IMG/VR virus record: IMGVR_UViG_3300027007_000032
Coordinates: 1-40,705 of that record
DNA length: 40,705 bases
Origin: a virus
Taxonomy: Duplodnaviria; Caudoviricetes
Reading direction: 5' to 3' (one strand)
The translations under genes and the position numbers were made by a program. Under the pieces are notes generated by a model. That model was not told the origin of the DNA, searched no databases, and saw nothing but the letters and a program-made list of their open reading frames with translations. This document shows, one piece after another, positions 28,029-35,725 of this stretch (its first letter is position 1; each line of letters starts with the position of its first letter).

Positions 28029-28276
28029 GCTTTCACCTGCACGACCAGCTGCTGCTCTGGCTGTGGGCCCTGAGGTTGGACCGCCGTGATCCCGGCGCCG
28101 TGCCTCGCCAGCGCTCGCAAGACCGCGGGCGGCACGCGCTCGATGCCTTCGACGAGCGTGAGCTGGAGATGCGGATCAGTGGGTCCTGGGACCGTGCTGT
28201 CGACGCCGGCGACGACCGGGAGGCCTTCGAGGCCACTGGTGAGCGCCTGCAGTTCCTCGACGGTGCGGACGCTCAT
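28025..28276 (-). CDS. hypothetical protein
   Basis: MSVRTVEE start coupled to upstream stop after GGAGG. Confidence 0.7.
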   Translation of the reverse strand: MSVRTVEELQALTSGLEGLPVVAGVDSTVPGPTDPHLQLTLVEGIERVPPAVLRALARHGAGITAVQPQGPQPEQQLVVQVKA

Positions 28277-28416
28277 CGGCCAGCCTCCAGGTCGCCACCA
28301 CACGACCAGCAGCAGGGCGCGTCGGCAGGGTTGCTCTTCCCACAGTCGACGCAGTCCGATCGTCGCGACCAGGGCGTTCCCAGGCGGTCGTTGTAGTAGA
28401 CGCCGCTCTCAGACAT
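28273..28416 (-). CDS. small zinc-ribbon protein
   Basis: CVDCGKSN...CCWSCG; GGAGGG RBS. Confidence 0.7.
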   Translation of the reverse strand: MSESGVYYNDRLGTPWSRRSDCVDCGKSNPADAPCCWSCGGDLEAGR

Positions 28417-28675
28417 CGCCATCACCCTCCTGGTCCTGGGCCCGCGCGATCGCGTCCTCGAGGACATCCAGCTCGGCGCCGTCGAGTTCGAGCGTGATCT
28501 TGGTGTCGGCGGTCGCGACCGATAGCTGCAGGTGCCCCTCGACGTTCGAGAGCGGCTGGCGCTCAGGAGCCGAGACGCGGAGTGCGGCCTCGGTCTGGGC
28601 CGTCATCGACAGGCGGCCTTCGACCAGCTCGGCCTCGACGTCGACGTCCGGGATCTGCTGGAGTTGCTCGTACAT
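28409..28675 (-). CDS. hypothetical protein
   Basis: Acidic; TGATG-coupled. Confidence 0.75.
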   Translation of the reverse strand: MYEQLQQIPDVDVEAELVEGRLSMTAQTEAALRVSAPERQPLSNVEGHLQLSVATADTKITLELDGAELDVLEDAIARAQDQEGDGDV

Positions 28676-28854
28676 CAGGCATCACGCTCCTCGATCTCCT
28701 TGGCGGCCTCCTCGAGTGCGATCACGACAGTCATCGGGTCGACGCCGGCGTCGATCGCGTCGAGGCCGTAGTCGGCGACGAAGTCCAGGACGTCCGCCTT
28801 GTCCGCAGGTTCGTAGGTGACGCCGGGCGTCCGGCGCATGGGCTCGTCGGCCAT
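28675..28854 (-). CDS. 59-aa acidic hypothetical protein
   Basis: MADEPMRRTPGVTYEPADK...EIEERDA; TGATG overlaps at both ends; absent from ORF track. Confidence 0.7.
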   Translation of the reverse strand: MADEPMRRTPGVTYEPADKADVLDFVADYGLDAIDAGVDPMTVVIALEEAAKEIEERDA

Positions 28855-29177
28855 CAGTTCACCCCTCCATCGAAGTGTTCGAAACAGGGCAGATCGTCGC
28901 TACAGTCCTCACACAGCGCCGGGTCGTCCGCCGTCGGCACAGGCGTCTCGCCGGCCTCGATATTCGCCGCGACCAGGTGCTTGCACTCGCCCTTCGGCGG
29001 GTCGTTGTACTCGAAGTCCGGGCAGGTACAAACGCCCAGCTGGACGTCGACCTGGTAGACGTCGCGGATCGTCTGGACCTCGTACATACCGGGCGCGAGA
29101 TCGCGGATCTCCAGGACGTCCTCGAGCGCCGCGGTGGCGCGCTGCTCGCGAGCGGCGACAGGGCTCCGGACCGCCAT
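28854..29177 (-). CDS. SWIM zinc-finger protein
   Basis: CTCPDF...CKH plus C-terminal CEDC...C..H; start reassigned to MAVRS. Confidence 0.85.
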   Translation of the reverse strand: MAVRSPVAAREQRATAALEDVLEIRDLAPGMYEVQTIRDVYQVDVQLGVCTCPDFEYNDPPKGECKHLVAANIEAGETPVPTADDPALCEDCSDDLPCFEHFDGGVN

Positions 29178-29178
29178 C

Positions 29179-29487
29179 TCAGATCGCCCCCTGCTCGGCC
29201 AGGCGCTGGGCGACGGGGCGCTCGTAGGCGATGTACTCCCACTCGCCGCGGTGGCGGGCGACGTGCTGGATCCACGCTTCGACGGCGTCGGGCTGCTCGA
29301 TACAGGGCGTCTCGGCGAGGTCGTGGGTTGCGACGCCGTCGTCGCTCTTGACGTAGATGCAGATCGTGCCGTCCGTGACGGGGTTGCCGACGTAGTGGCG
29401 ATCGCCGTTGCCGTCGACGCCGACGAGGCCGGCACTGGCTGGGATCGATTCGGTACTACTTTTCTGGGTGGCGTTCGTAGCTGACAT
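29179..29487 (-). CDS. hypothetical protein, first gene of leftward operon
   Basis: GGTGAG RBS; acidic. Confidence 0.75.
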   Translation of the reverse strand: MSATNATQKSSTESIPASAGLVGVDGNGDRHYVGNPVTDGTICIYVKSDDGVATHDLAETPCIEQPDAVEAWIQHVARHRGEWEYIAYERPVAQRLAEQGAI

Positions 29488-29501
29488 TGCTTCTCACCAG
29501 G

Positions 29502-29565
29502 GAAGCGCGGTCGGACGTGTTGGAGCACGTCCGGCCAGACCGATTCTGGCCGCGTCCCGCGCTTC
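29502..29565 (-). promoter_or_regulatory. three-way-junction RNA leader
   Basis: Outer stem 29502-10/29557-65 enclosing hairpins 29512-33 and 29533-51. Confidence 0.6.
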
Positions 29566-29566
29566 T

Positions 29567-29690
29567 TACTCTATAGTCTATCCGCCAGCACCTTATAGGT
29601 TACGCTATAGCGTATACACTCTCTGGCGTACATACGTGATAGGGTAAGTTACTTACGCCACGGCGTATAATTACGATATGAGGTAATATA
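29567..29690. promoter_or_regulatory. divergent promoter region with 14-bp palindromic operators
   Basis: TACGCTATAGCGTA 29601-14; TACGCCACGGCGTA 29654-67; degenerate TACTCTATAGTCTA 29567-80; AT-rich. Confidence 0.65.
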
Positions 29691-29716
29691 TGGGAGCGCC
29701 TGAAACACCAGACGTA

Positions 29717-29935
29717 ATGAGCGAAGAGGGTCGTGCGCTGCTGACTGATCGCGAGCGCGAGATCATCAGCGGCGAGGCCGACGTCTCGGATAACTACGAG
29801 TACAAGACCCGGAGTATCGTTCGCAACCGCATCCGCAAGCGGCTGGGTGACGACGTCGAGTTTCTCGAGGAGTACTTCCCCGAGGTGGCTGATCTAGTCG
29901 TCGAGGAGGTCTGTGAGGATGCCGAGTCTGAGTAG
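29717..29935 (+). CDS. small putative transcriptional regulator
   Basis: GRALLTDREREIISGEADVSDNY...basic helix; divergent from leftward operon; alternative start 29690. Confidence 0.7.
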   Translation: MSEEGRALLTDREREIISGEADVSDNYEYKTRSIVRNRIRKRLGDDVEFLEEYFPEVADLVVEEVCEDAESE

Positions 29936-30560
29936 AGTTGATCGCACGAACGGCGAGATCGACTGGCCGGCCTGGGCCGAGCGGACGCCGTCGCGAGAAC
30001 GCGAGCGGACGTCGAAGTACTCCGTCACGCTCACCCAGGCGATGAAACGGCTCCGTGCCGAACTGCTCGATCGCGTCGGGGCCGACGATTGGCGACTCTC
30101 CACGGCCGCGCCCCACCGCAAGCGCGACGGCCTGCCGTACGCCGACAGCAACCCTGACGATCCCGGCGTCGTGGTCCGCTGGTCCAGAGAGGGCAAGCAG
30201 TACTGCGTCGCCTGTGATCACTACGACGACCTCCGCGACAACGTCCGGACGCTCGGGCTGTACATTGAGGAGAAGCGCAAGATGTCCAACCGCCCTGTCC
30301 ACACCGGCCAGGACGAGTTCGCGACCGCGCGCCTACCCAGCGGTGACGAAGAGGACGATGTCATCGTCGCCGGTAGTCCCGAGCCCGAGCTCGACGTCGA
30401 GGCCGCCGCGGACCTGCTGGGCGTCGCACCCGACGCGCCCGACCGCGTCGTCGAGACGGCCTTCCAGGAGCATGTCAAGACTGAGCATCCCGATCAGGGT
30501 GGGGCCGGTGACGTCCAGCGGCTGCAGGCGGCTCGCGACCAGCTGACGAAAAAGAATTAG
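29919..30560 (+). CDS. phage-type J-domain protein
   Basis: N-terminal WP...RT, RDGLP, DPGV, CD.Y...DN domain plus C-terminal LLGV...HPDQGG; GAGGAGGT RBS. Confidence 0.88.
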   Translation: MPSLSRVDRTNGEIDWPAWAERTPSRERERTSKYSVTLTQAMKRLRAELLDRVGADDWRLSTAAPHRKRDGLPYADSNPDDPGVVVRWSREGKQYCVACDHYDDLRDNVRTLGLYIEEKRKMSNRPVHTGQDEFATARLPSGDEEDDVIVAGSPEPELDVEAAADLLGVAPDAPDRVVETAFQEHVKTEHPDQGGAGDVQRLQAARDQLTKKN

Positions 30561-30562
30561 AT

Positions 30563-31318
30563 CTACAGCGTTTGCCAATAGTCGTAGAACTCGCGACCGT
30601 AGCGTTGCGCTCGAGTCTGATCGGGCACGGTTTCGAAACCAGACTGCCGGACAGCTCCAAGCCCCGCAGCGACATTACTATCTCGAACGTAACACAGCGC
30701 GACGTCGTCACTCCGGATTGCCCAGAACGCGTCGTCACCCACGCTCATATCGTTGGGGTTTTGGACGGATTCACGCCCCGATTGCATCAGTGATTTTGCG
30801 CCCTCAACCGTCTCATAATATTCAGCGTCAGCCAGGATCACGATCGTCTCGCCGCTGTTCAGGTAGGTCGTATCCCAGTTGTCATTGAAGTTGTCGTCTC
30901 GCCGCCAGCCCTGCGGAAATCGACTGACTGGCAACAACAGGTCCTCCTGGGTGACGTCGTCCCCGTATTCGGGGCCACTCTCCTGAGTCAGCCACCACGC
31001 ACCAGCACCACCAGCGATCAGGACGCCACCACCGATCAGCGCATTTCGACGCGTCAGAACGGTACTCTCCTCGGTGTCTGGCGCGGCAGGCGGCGGTGTC
31101 TGGGTTGGGGGTGGCGACGGATCACCGCCACCTCCGTCGCCGGGTTGGCCGGGAGTGGTCTGGCCGCCAGTGCCCTGACTATCCTGGGTGGGTGCGGTCG
31201 GTTCCGCTTCGGCGACGATGTCGGCCCCACACTCCGGGCAGAAATTTCCGTGCGCTGGGGCTTCATGGCCGCAGCGGGGGCAAAACTTCGGCCGATTGTT
31301 CCCTTCGTCCTCGCTCAT
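30563..31318 (-). CDS. zinc-ribbon, single-pass membrane protein with extracellular domain
   Basis: FCPRCG...FCPECG; P/G/T linker; TRRNALIGGGVLIAGGAGAWWL. Confidence 0.8.
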   Translation of the reverse strand: MSEDEGNNRPKFCPRCGHEAPAHGNFCPECGADIVAEAEPTAPTQDSQGTGGQTTPGQPGDGGGGDPSPPPTQTPPPAAPDTEESTVLTRRNALIGGGVLIAGGAGAWWLTQESGPEYGDDVTQEDLLLPVSRFPQGWRRDDNFNDNWDTTYLNSGETIVILADAEYYETVEGAKSLMQSGRESVQNPNDMSVGDDAFWAIRSDDVALCYVRDSNVAAGLGAVRQSGFETVPDQTRAQRYGREFYDYWQTL

Positions 31319-31330
31319 ACCAACGTTGTC

Positions 31331-31555
31331 TCAGCCGTCGGATGTAAACGTAGGGGCACGTCGCGGCCACGTCTCGTCGATTTGCTCCAGACAGCGCTCG
31401 GGATCCAGGCCCTCGCGCTCGACGATCGCCTCGGCGAGCTGGTCGGCCCGATCGGCGCGGGGCCGGTCGACGGGCTCGACGAGCATCGCGTATTCGGTCA
31501 GCGCTTCGACAACGAGCAGCCAGTCCTGGGGGTGCCAGTTCTCGTGCATCGACAC
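31331..31555 (-). CDS. hypothetical protein
   Basis: Acidic helical ORF HPQDWLLVVEAL...QIDETW; TATA-like TTTAAGTA upstream on the minus strand. Confidence 0.7.
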   Translation of the reverse strand: MSMHENWHPQDWLLVVEALTEYAMLVEPVDRPRADRADQLAEAIVEREGLDPERCLEQIDETWPRRAPTFTSDG

Positions 31556-31613
31556 GGGGTGGCGTCGGGATCGTACTTAAACGTCAGTGCGCTGGTCAAC
31601 GGGTGAGTGACCC

Positions 31614-31802
31614 TCACCATTCGATAACCACACCACCGCCCCGAGGGGGTTCGTCGTCAACCTCGTTAGTATCCTCACCACCCACTTCAGTTTCAGTCTC
31701 TTCGCTGTCGCTATCTTGAACGAACAGTTGCCACACTGGAATGGGGATCGAGATGATCCTGCCCAGAACCAATACTATCAGCAGTGGAATCGTGTATTCC
31801 AT
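31614..31802 (-). CDS. small membrane-anchored acidic protein
   Basis: Hydrophobic N-terminus, acidic tail; TTTAAA ~26-31 nt upstream. Confidence 0.55.
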   Translation of the reverse strand: MEYTIPLLIVLVLGRIISIPIPVWQLFVQDSDSEETETEVGGEDTNEVDDEPPRGGGVVIEW

Positions 31803-31935
31803 AGCTGGGGAATCCGGGCGGTCACGTTTAAACCCGGCGCGGGGCTCAGCATATAAAGTATGAGGCCATCGCCGATTTCCAGAACCTCAAGAGAGTGGCT
31901 CTATCGGCAGATCTACTCTGCGGGGGTGTGCGTAT

Positions 31936-31956
31936 TGACTTAGTCCGACTAAGTCA
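31936..31956. repeat. perfect 21-bp palindrome upstream of cdc6
   Basis: TGACTTAGTC-C-GACTAAGTCA. Confidence 0.9.
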
Positions 31957-31971
31957 CCCAGAGTGATCTCC

Positions 31972-31992
31972 CGGAAATACAACCTCCCTTTA
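31972..31992 (+). promoter_or_regulatory. repeated motif CGGAAATACAACCYCC, copy 1, abutting TATA-like element of cdc6
   Basis: Second copy at 33379-33400 in the same position relative to an ATG. Confidence 0.65.
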
Positions 31993-32019
31993 TGTGTCCG
32001 CTCGTCCTCAGGGACTGTC

Positions 32020-33078
32020 ATGATCACCTCGTCCCACGTCTTCGACGACGAGCACCTCCCCCGCGAACTCCGGCATCGCGAGGGCGAGGTCGAGGTTCTC
32101 TCGACAGCCTTCGATCCCGCGCTCCGGGGTGCGGCTGCCCAGAACATCCTCATCTCCGGGCCCTCAGGCGTCGGCAAGACCGTTCTGGCGCGACATACCC
32201 TGGGGAAGCTCGAACAGTACGCCCACGTGCCCCACGCCCACATCCGGTGTCTGGGTGAGACGACGGGGCAGGTTCTTCGAGCCGCACTGAAAGCGCATCC
32301 CCGTGGCCGGGACGTCCGGCACAACACGCCAGTCGAGCGCGTCCGGGTCGATCTACGGGAGGTCGTCGCTGATCCCTACATCCTGATCCTCGACGAGGCC
32401 GACGGCCTCCCGAGCACGGACGTCCTCGAGGAGGTCGGGGCGATCCCAGGCGTGTCGGTGGTCGTGATCTGCCACGACAGCGAGCGCTTCCTCGCTGACG
32501 TCGGAGGCGAGGCCCGCCGGCTGATCGACCAGCATGTCGACGTCGACCGCTACACCGTCGACGAGCTGTCCGACATCCTCCGGGCCAGGGCCGATCGGGG
32601 CCTCCAGCCCGAAGTCGTGACTGAGGGGCAACTCGAGGCGATCGCCGACGAGGTCGCCGGCGTCGCTCGCGATGGGATCCAGTCGCTGCGGGCCGCTGCG
32701 GAGCTGGCCGGCGAGCGCGGTCACTCGACGATCGCCGATCGGGACGTCCAGGACGGCTTCGAGCGAGCGCGGCGGTTCATCCGCGAGAGCAATCTGCAGT
32801 CGTTGCCCATCCACCATCACGTCATCTACGAGATCGTCCGCGAGTGGGGCCCGCTCGGCGCTGGGGCGTTGCACGATCGCTACGAGGACGTCGCCGACCA
32901 GGCGCTGGCCGACAGCCAGCGGACGCCCCTCGGCGAGCGCGCCCGGCGGAACAAACTCGCGAAGCTCGTCGCGTACGACCTCGTCGACGCAGAAGGAGAG
33001 GGGCCGCACCGGGAGTACTGCGCCGTTGACGAGCGGCTGCGATCGGACGTCGTCGACGTCGGCGCAGTGGTTGAATAA
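32020..33078 (+). CDS. cdc6: Orc1/Cdc6-family AAA+ ATPase
   Basis: F...HLPREL.HRE; Walker A GPSGVGKT; Walker B LILDEAD; YTVDELSDILRARA; G.AR; C-terminal wHTH. Confidence 0.95.
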   Translation: MITSSHVFDDEHLPRELRHREGEVEVLSTAFDPALRGAAAQNILISGPSGVGKTVLARHTLGKLEQYAHVPHAHIRCLGETTGQVLRAALKAHPRGRDVRHNTPVERVRVDLREVVADPYILILDEADGLPSTDVLEEVGAIPGVSVVVICHDSERFLADVGGEARRLIDQHVDVDRYTVDELSDILRARADRGLQPEVVTEGQLEAIADEVAGVARDGIQSLRAAAELAGERGHSTIADRDVQDGFERARRFIRESNLQSLPIHHHVIYEIVREWGPLGAGALHDRYEDVADQALADSQRTPLGERARRNKLAKLVAYDLVDAEGEGPHREYCAVDERLRSDVVDVGAVVE

Positions 33079-33088
33079 CTCCGCTGAC

Positions 33089-33265
33089 CTATTGCTTCGG
33101 AGTCACGTTTTTCAAATTGCTGTAAGGGATATACCCGACAACGTTCTTCCCTCCGTGTTCGGACTGGCCAAGGATCTTGAGTCCGTGCTCACCTTCTTCG
33201 ATATCGTTCCCTTCGATCGTTTTGTGCTTGTCGTGTTCGTTCAGGTATGTGACTTCGAGGTCCAT
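33089..33265 (-). CDS. 58-aa hypothetical protein
   Basis: MDLEVTYLNEHDKHKTIEG...VVGYIPYSNLKNVTPKQ; AT-rich upstream region; absent from ORF track. Confidence 0.6.
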   Translation of the reverse strand: MDLEVTYLNEHDKHKTIEGNDIEEGEHGLKILGQSEHGGKNVVGYIPYSNLKNVTPKQ

Positions 33266-33378
33266 ACGGAGCCAGGTACGGCTGAATCACTCAAAAACAT
33301 TCGCAACAATCGGATACTTTCTATTACTATATATGTCATATATTTCTACAGTATTGGGCCAACATATCAGCGAACGTG

Positions 33379-33400
33379 CGGAAATACAACCCCCTTTTTA
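33379..33400 (+). promoter_or_regulatory. repeated motif copy 2, abutting TATA-like element of ORF 33429
   Basis: CGGAAATACAACCCCCTTTTTA. Confidence 0.65.
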
Positions 33401-33428
33401 CCTGCTACACCCCGTCGGTCGTCACTGT

Positions 33429-33662
33429 ATGCCCGACGACACCATCACGATCGGCGGCACCGAGATCGAACCTGAGCACGTCAAACCACTGTCCAGCGGT
33501 GGCGCGCGGTTCGACTTCGAAACCGAGCGCAAACGCTGGCGGGTCGATGTCTCCCGCAGCGGCGAGACCGAGCTTGTCACGACCTGGCGCGACGGCGAGC
33601 TCGCGGATCTCGACGAACCGGAGTGGCTGGACGACGTCGTCGCGATGCTCGCGACGGCGTGA
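33429..33662 (+). CDS. small protein, paralogue A
   Basis: RWRVDV..SG...L.T.WRDG.....PEWL; start reassigned to MPDDT. Confidence 0.75.
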   Translation: MPDDTITIGGTEIEPEHVKPLSSGGARFDFETERKRWRVDVSRSGETELVTTWRDGELADLDEPEWLDDVVAMLATA

Positions 33663-33664
33663 CC

Positions 33665-33922
33665 ATGGCCGCGAACTCACCCGCAGACCCCGGCGAGCAA
33701 GTGTCCGTCGCCGGCGACGCTCGGGTCACCTGCCTCGACACCGTCCGCTGGGGCGGCCGCCGCTACCGAATCGAGCGTGGCTGGGAACGCTGGTACGTCG
33801 ACGTCTGTCCCGACGGCTCGGTTGCACTGGCGACCGGGTTTCGTGACGGTCGGGAACTCGACGGGATGCCCCAGTGGGTCTATGAGATCGCCCAGGAGAT
33901 CGCGCCCGGTGGCGAAAAATGA
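33665..33922 (+). CDS. small protein, paralogue B
   Basis: RWYVDV..DG...L.T.FRDG.....PQWV; start MAANS. Confidence 0.7.
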   Translation: MAANSPADPGEQVSVAGDARVTCLDTVRWGGRRYRIERGWERWYVDVCPDGSVALATGFRDGRELDGMPQWVYEIAQEIAPGGEK

Positions 33923-33924
33923 CG

Positions 33925-34191
33925 TCAGTCCTCGATCGGCTCGAGCTCGGACGCGTCGAGTTCCTCGTCGAGGTAGGCGATTCCGACGTCGGTGATGGAA
34001 TAGAGACCTTTGGTGCCGGCGTAGTACTCGACCATACCGTACTTCCGGAGTTCGCCAAGGCGATTCTGGCAGGTGCTGATCGCCGGACCGCCAACGTTCG
34101 AAACACCCTGCGGCGTGAGCTGGCCGTGGTCGCGGAGAGCCTCCAGTATCCGGTCGTCGGAGGGAGTCATCCACTCCGCGTCCTGTCGCAT
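33925..34191 (-). CDS. PhiH1-repressor-like winged-helix protein
   Basis: MR....WMTPSDDRILEAL...G.Y.IT..G..YL.EELDA signature; alternative start 34218. Confidence 0.88.
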   Translation of the reverse strand: MRQDAEWMTPSDDRILEALRDHGQLTPQGVSNVGGPAISTCQNRLGELRKYGMVEYYAGTKGLYSITDVGIAYLDEELDASELEPIED

Positions 34192-34218
34192 GACTCGGGC
34201 GTCGGTGGCGGTACTCAT

Positions 34219-34330
34219 AACGATTGTTCTCACATCCAAGTAGAGAAGGTACCTACTTGTATCTATGGCCATGCTACTGAAACAAGTAACTATCTTACCC
34301 AAAGACTATTAGCGATGCGCCTGTAGAGCA
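34219..34330. promoter_or_regulatory. divergent repressor/early promoter region with inverted CAAGTAG-N9-CTACTTG
   Basis: 34237-34259; further CAAGTA half-sites at ~34283 and 34480. Confidence 0.5.
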
Positions 34331-34436
34331 GACTGGAAGCCGATCAACACGGGAATCACGTGGAACGCGTCGACGGGTGTTACAGCACCCTCGGCGCTCC
34401 GGCTTCCGTCATCCCCACACGGGAATTGCGAAAGCC

Positions 34437-35528
34437 ATGACAAACAACGATACGCCGGGTGTTAAATCGCACCCCACGACAAGTAGTAATGCCTCCCCTA
34501 CTCGGGGCAGTGATACCAGCGACTCGCGATCCAGCGACGACAGCAGAACTTCGATAGGGAGTGGAGGCTCCACTCGGAGTGACGCACGCGAGGCCGAAGA
34601 GTCTTCTCGCGAGTTGCTTACAGACGGTGGCACAGAGCCTACGGATACTGACGACTCGTGGGCCACGCTCGCGCACATCACGAGCAGTAAGTACCGCACG
34701 ACCGTTGCGCTGGCGCTGCTGGACCACCGCGCGACGCCGTCGACGATCGCCGAACAGGCTGGTCTTGACATCGCGCACGTCTCGCGAGCGCTGACGGACC
34801 TTCGCGAGCGCGACGTCGTCGAACTGCTCGTCCCCGAAGAAACGAAGAAAGGGCGGATTTACGGTCTGACCGACGGCGGCACCGAGCTCGTCGCCGACAA
34901 CACCGCGCTGCTGGAAGGCGAACAGCGCAGCGAGAAGGAAGTCATGACCGACGGCGGCGGCTTCGACATCACGCTCGACCGGACCCACGTCAAAGACGGC
35001 GACGAGAATCTGAAAGAGGTCTGGACGGCAACCGTCGACAACGCCCAGGCCTACGACGACATGGCGGGCCAGACGCCTGGGCGCGCCCTCCACGCACTCG
35101 CCCGGGAGTTCGACGACGTCTTCGGCTCCGAACCGCGGACCGACGGCGGCACGGGCGCGGTCGATCACGAGTTCGACGAGGCCGAACGCGACGCCAGCGA
35201 GCGCCTGGCCGACCAGATCGCCGACATGGACGGCCGCGGGCACGACCGCCTGCAGGCCGGCGACGTCGCGATCGATCTGGTCAAGCGCCAGCCGCTGTTC
35301 GTGCTTGAGCGCGTCGCCGACACCGTCGTCGACTACTTCGAGGAGACGGACTTCGATCTGGCGACGTACAACCAGCACCACTACCTGCCGGTGCGGCCCA
35401 GCGATCCGGTCTTCGAGTGTGCCTTCATCGGCTCGCTCGACGACCTCCACCGGTTTTCGGACACGTACGACTATCCTGCAGGGCGGCTTGCGCGCGTCCC
35501 GGTCGAACTTGCTGGAGGTGGAGACTGA
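34437..35528 (+). CDS. multi-domain protein: ArsR/MarR-like wHTH plus two further domains with TDGG linkers
   Basis: SKYRTTV...ATPSTIAEQAGLDIAHVSRALTDLRERDVVELLVPEETKKGRIYGLT; four TDGG motifs. Confidence 0.85.
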   Translation: MTNNDTPGVKSHPTTSSNASPTRGSDTSDSRSSDDSRTSIGSGGSTRSDAREAEESSRELLTDGGTEPTDTDDSWATLAHITSSKYRTTVALALLDHRATPSTIAEQAGLDIAHVSRALTDLRERDVVELLVPEETKKGRIYGLTDGGTELVADNTALLEGEQRSEKEVMTDGGGFDITLDRTHVKDGDENLKEVWTATVDNAQAYDDMAGQTPGRALHALAREFDDVFGSEPRTDGGTGAVDHEFDEAERDASERLADQIADMDGRGHDRLQAGDVAIDLVKRQPLFVLERVADTVVDYFEETDFDLATYNQHHYLPVRPSDPVFECAFIGSLDDLHRFSDTYDYPAGRLARVPVELAGGGD

Positions 35529-35725
35529 TGGCACAGGCGTTCCGCTGTGACGGCTGCGGCGAGTTCTACGAGGGGCGGCGGACTGGCAGTGTCGAGCACG
35601 TCCCGGACGACAGCGACTACGGCGAGACGACGCACGAGCTGTGTGCGGACTGTCACCGCAGCGTCGTCGCGGCGCTGGACAACGAATCAGTGGCGACCTT
35701 TGCGGACATCGGGGGTGGCGAGTGA
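35528..35725 (+). CDS. small zinc-finger protein
   Basis: CDGCG...ELCADC; TGATG-coupled after GGAGGTG. Confidence 0.8.
   Translation: MAQAFRCDGCGEFYEGRRTGSVEHVPDDSDYGETTHELCADCHRSVVAALDNESVATFADIGGGE

Noticed and set aside
29502-29565. Leader structure as a tRNA remnant
   Set aside because: Only two internal arms, no TTCG T-loop, no CCA
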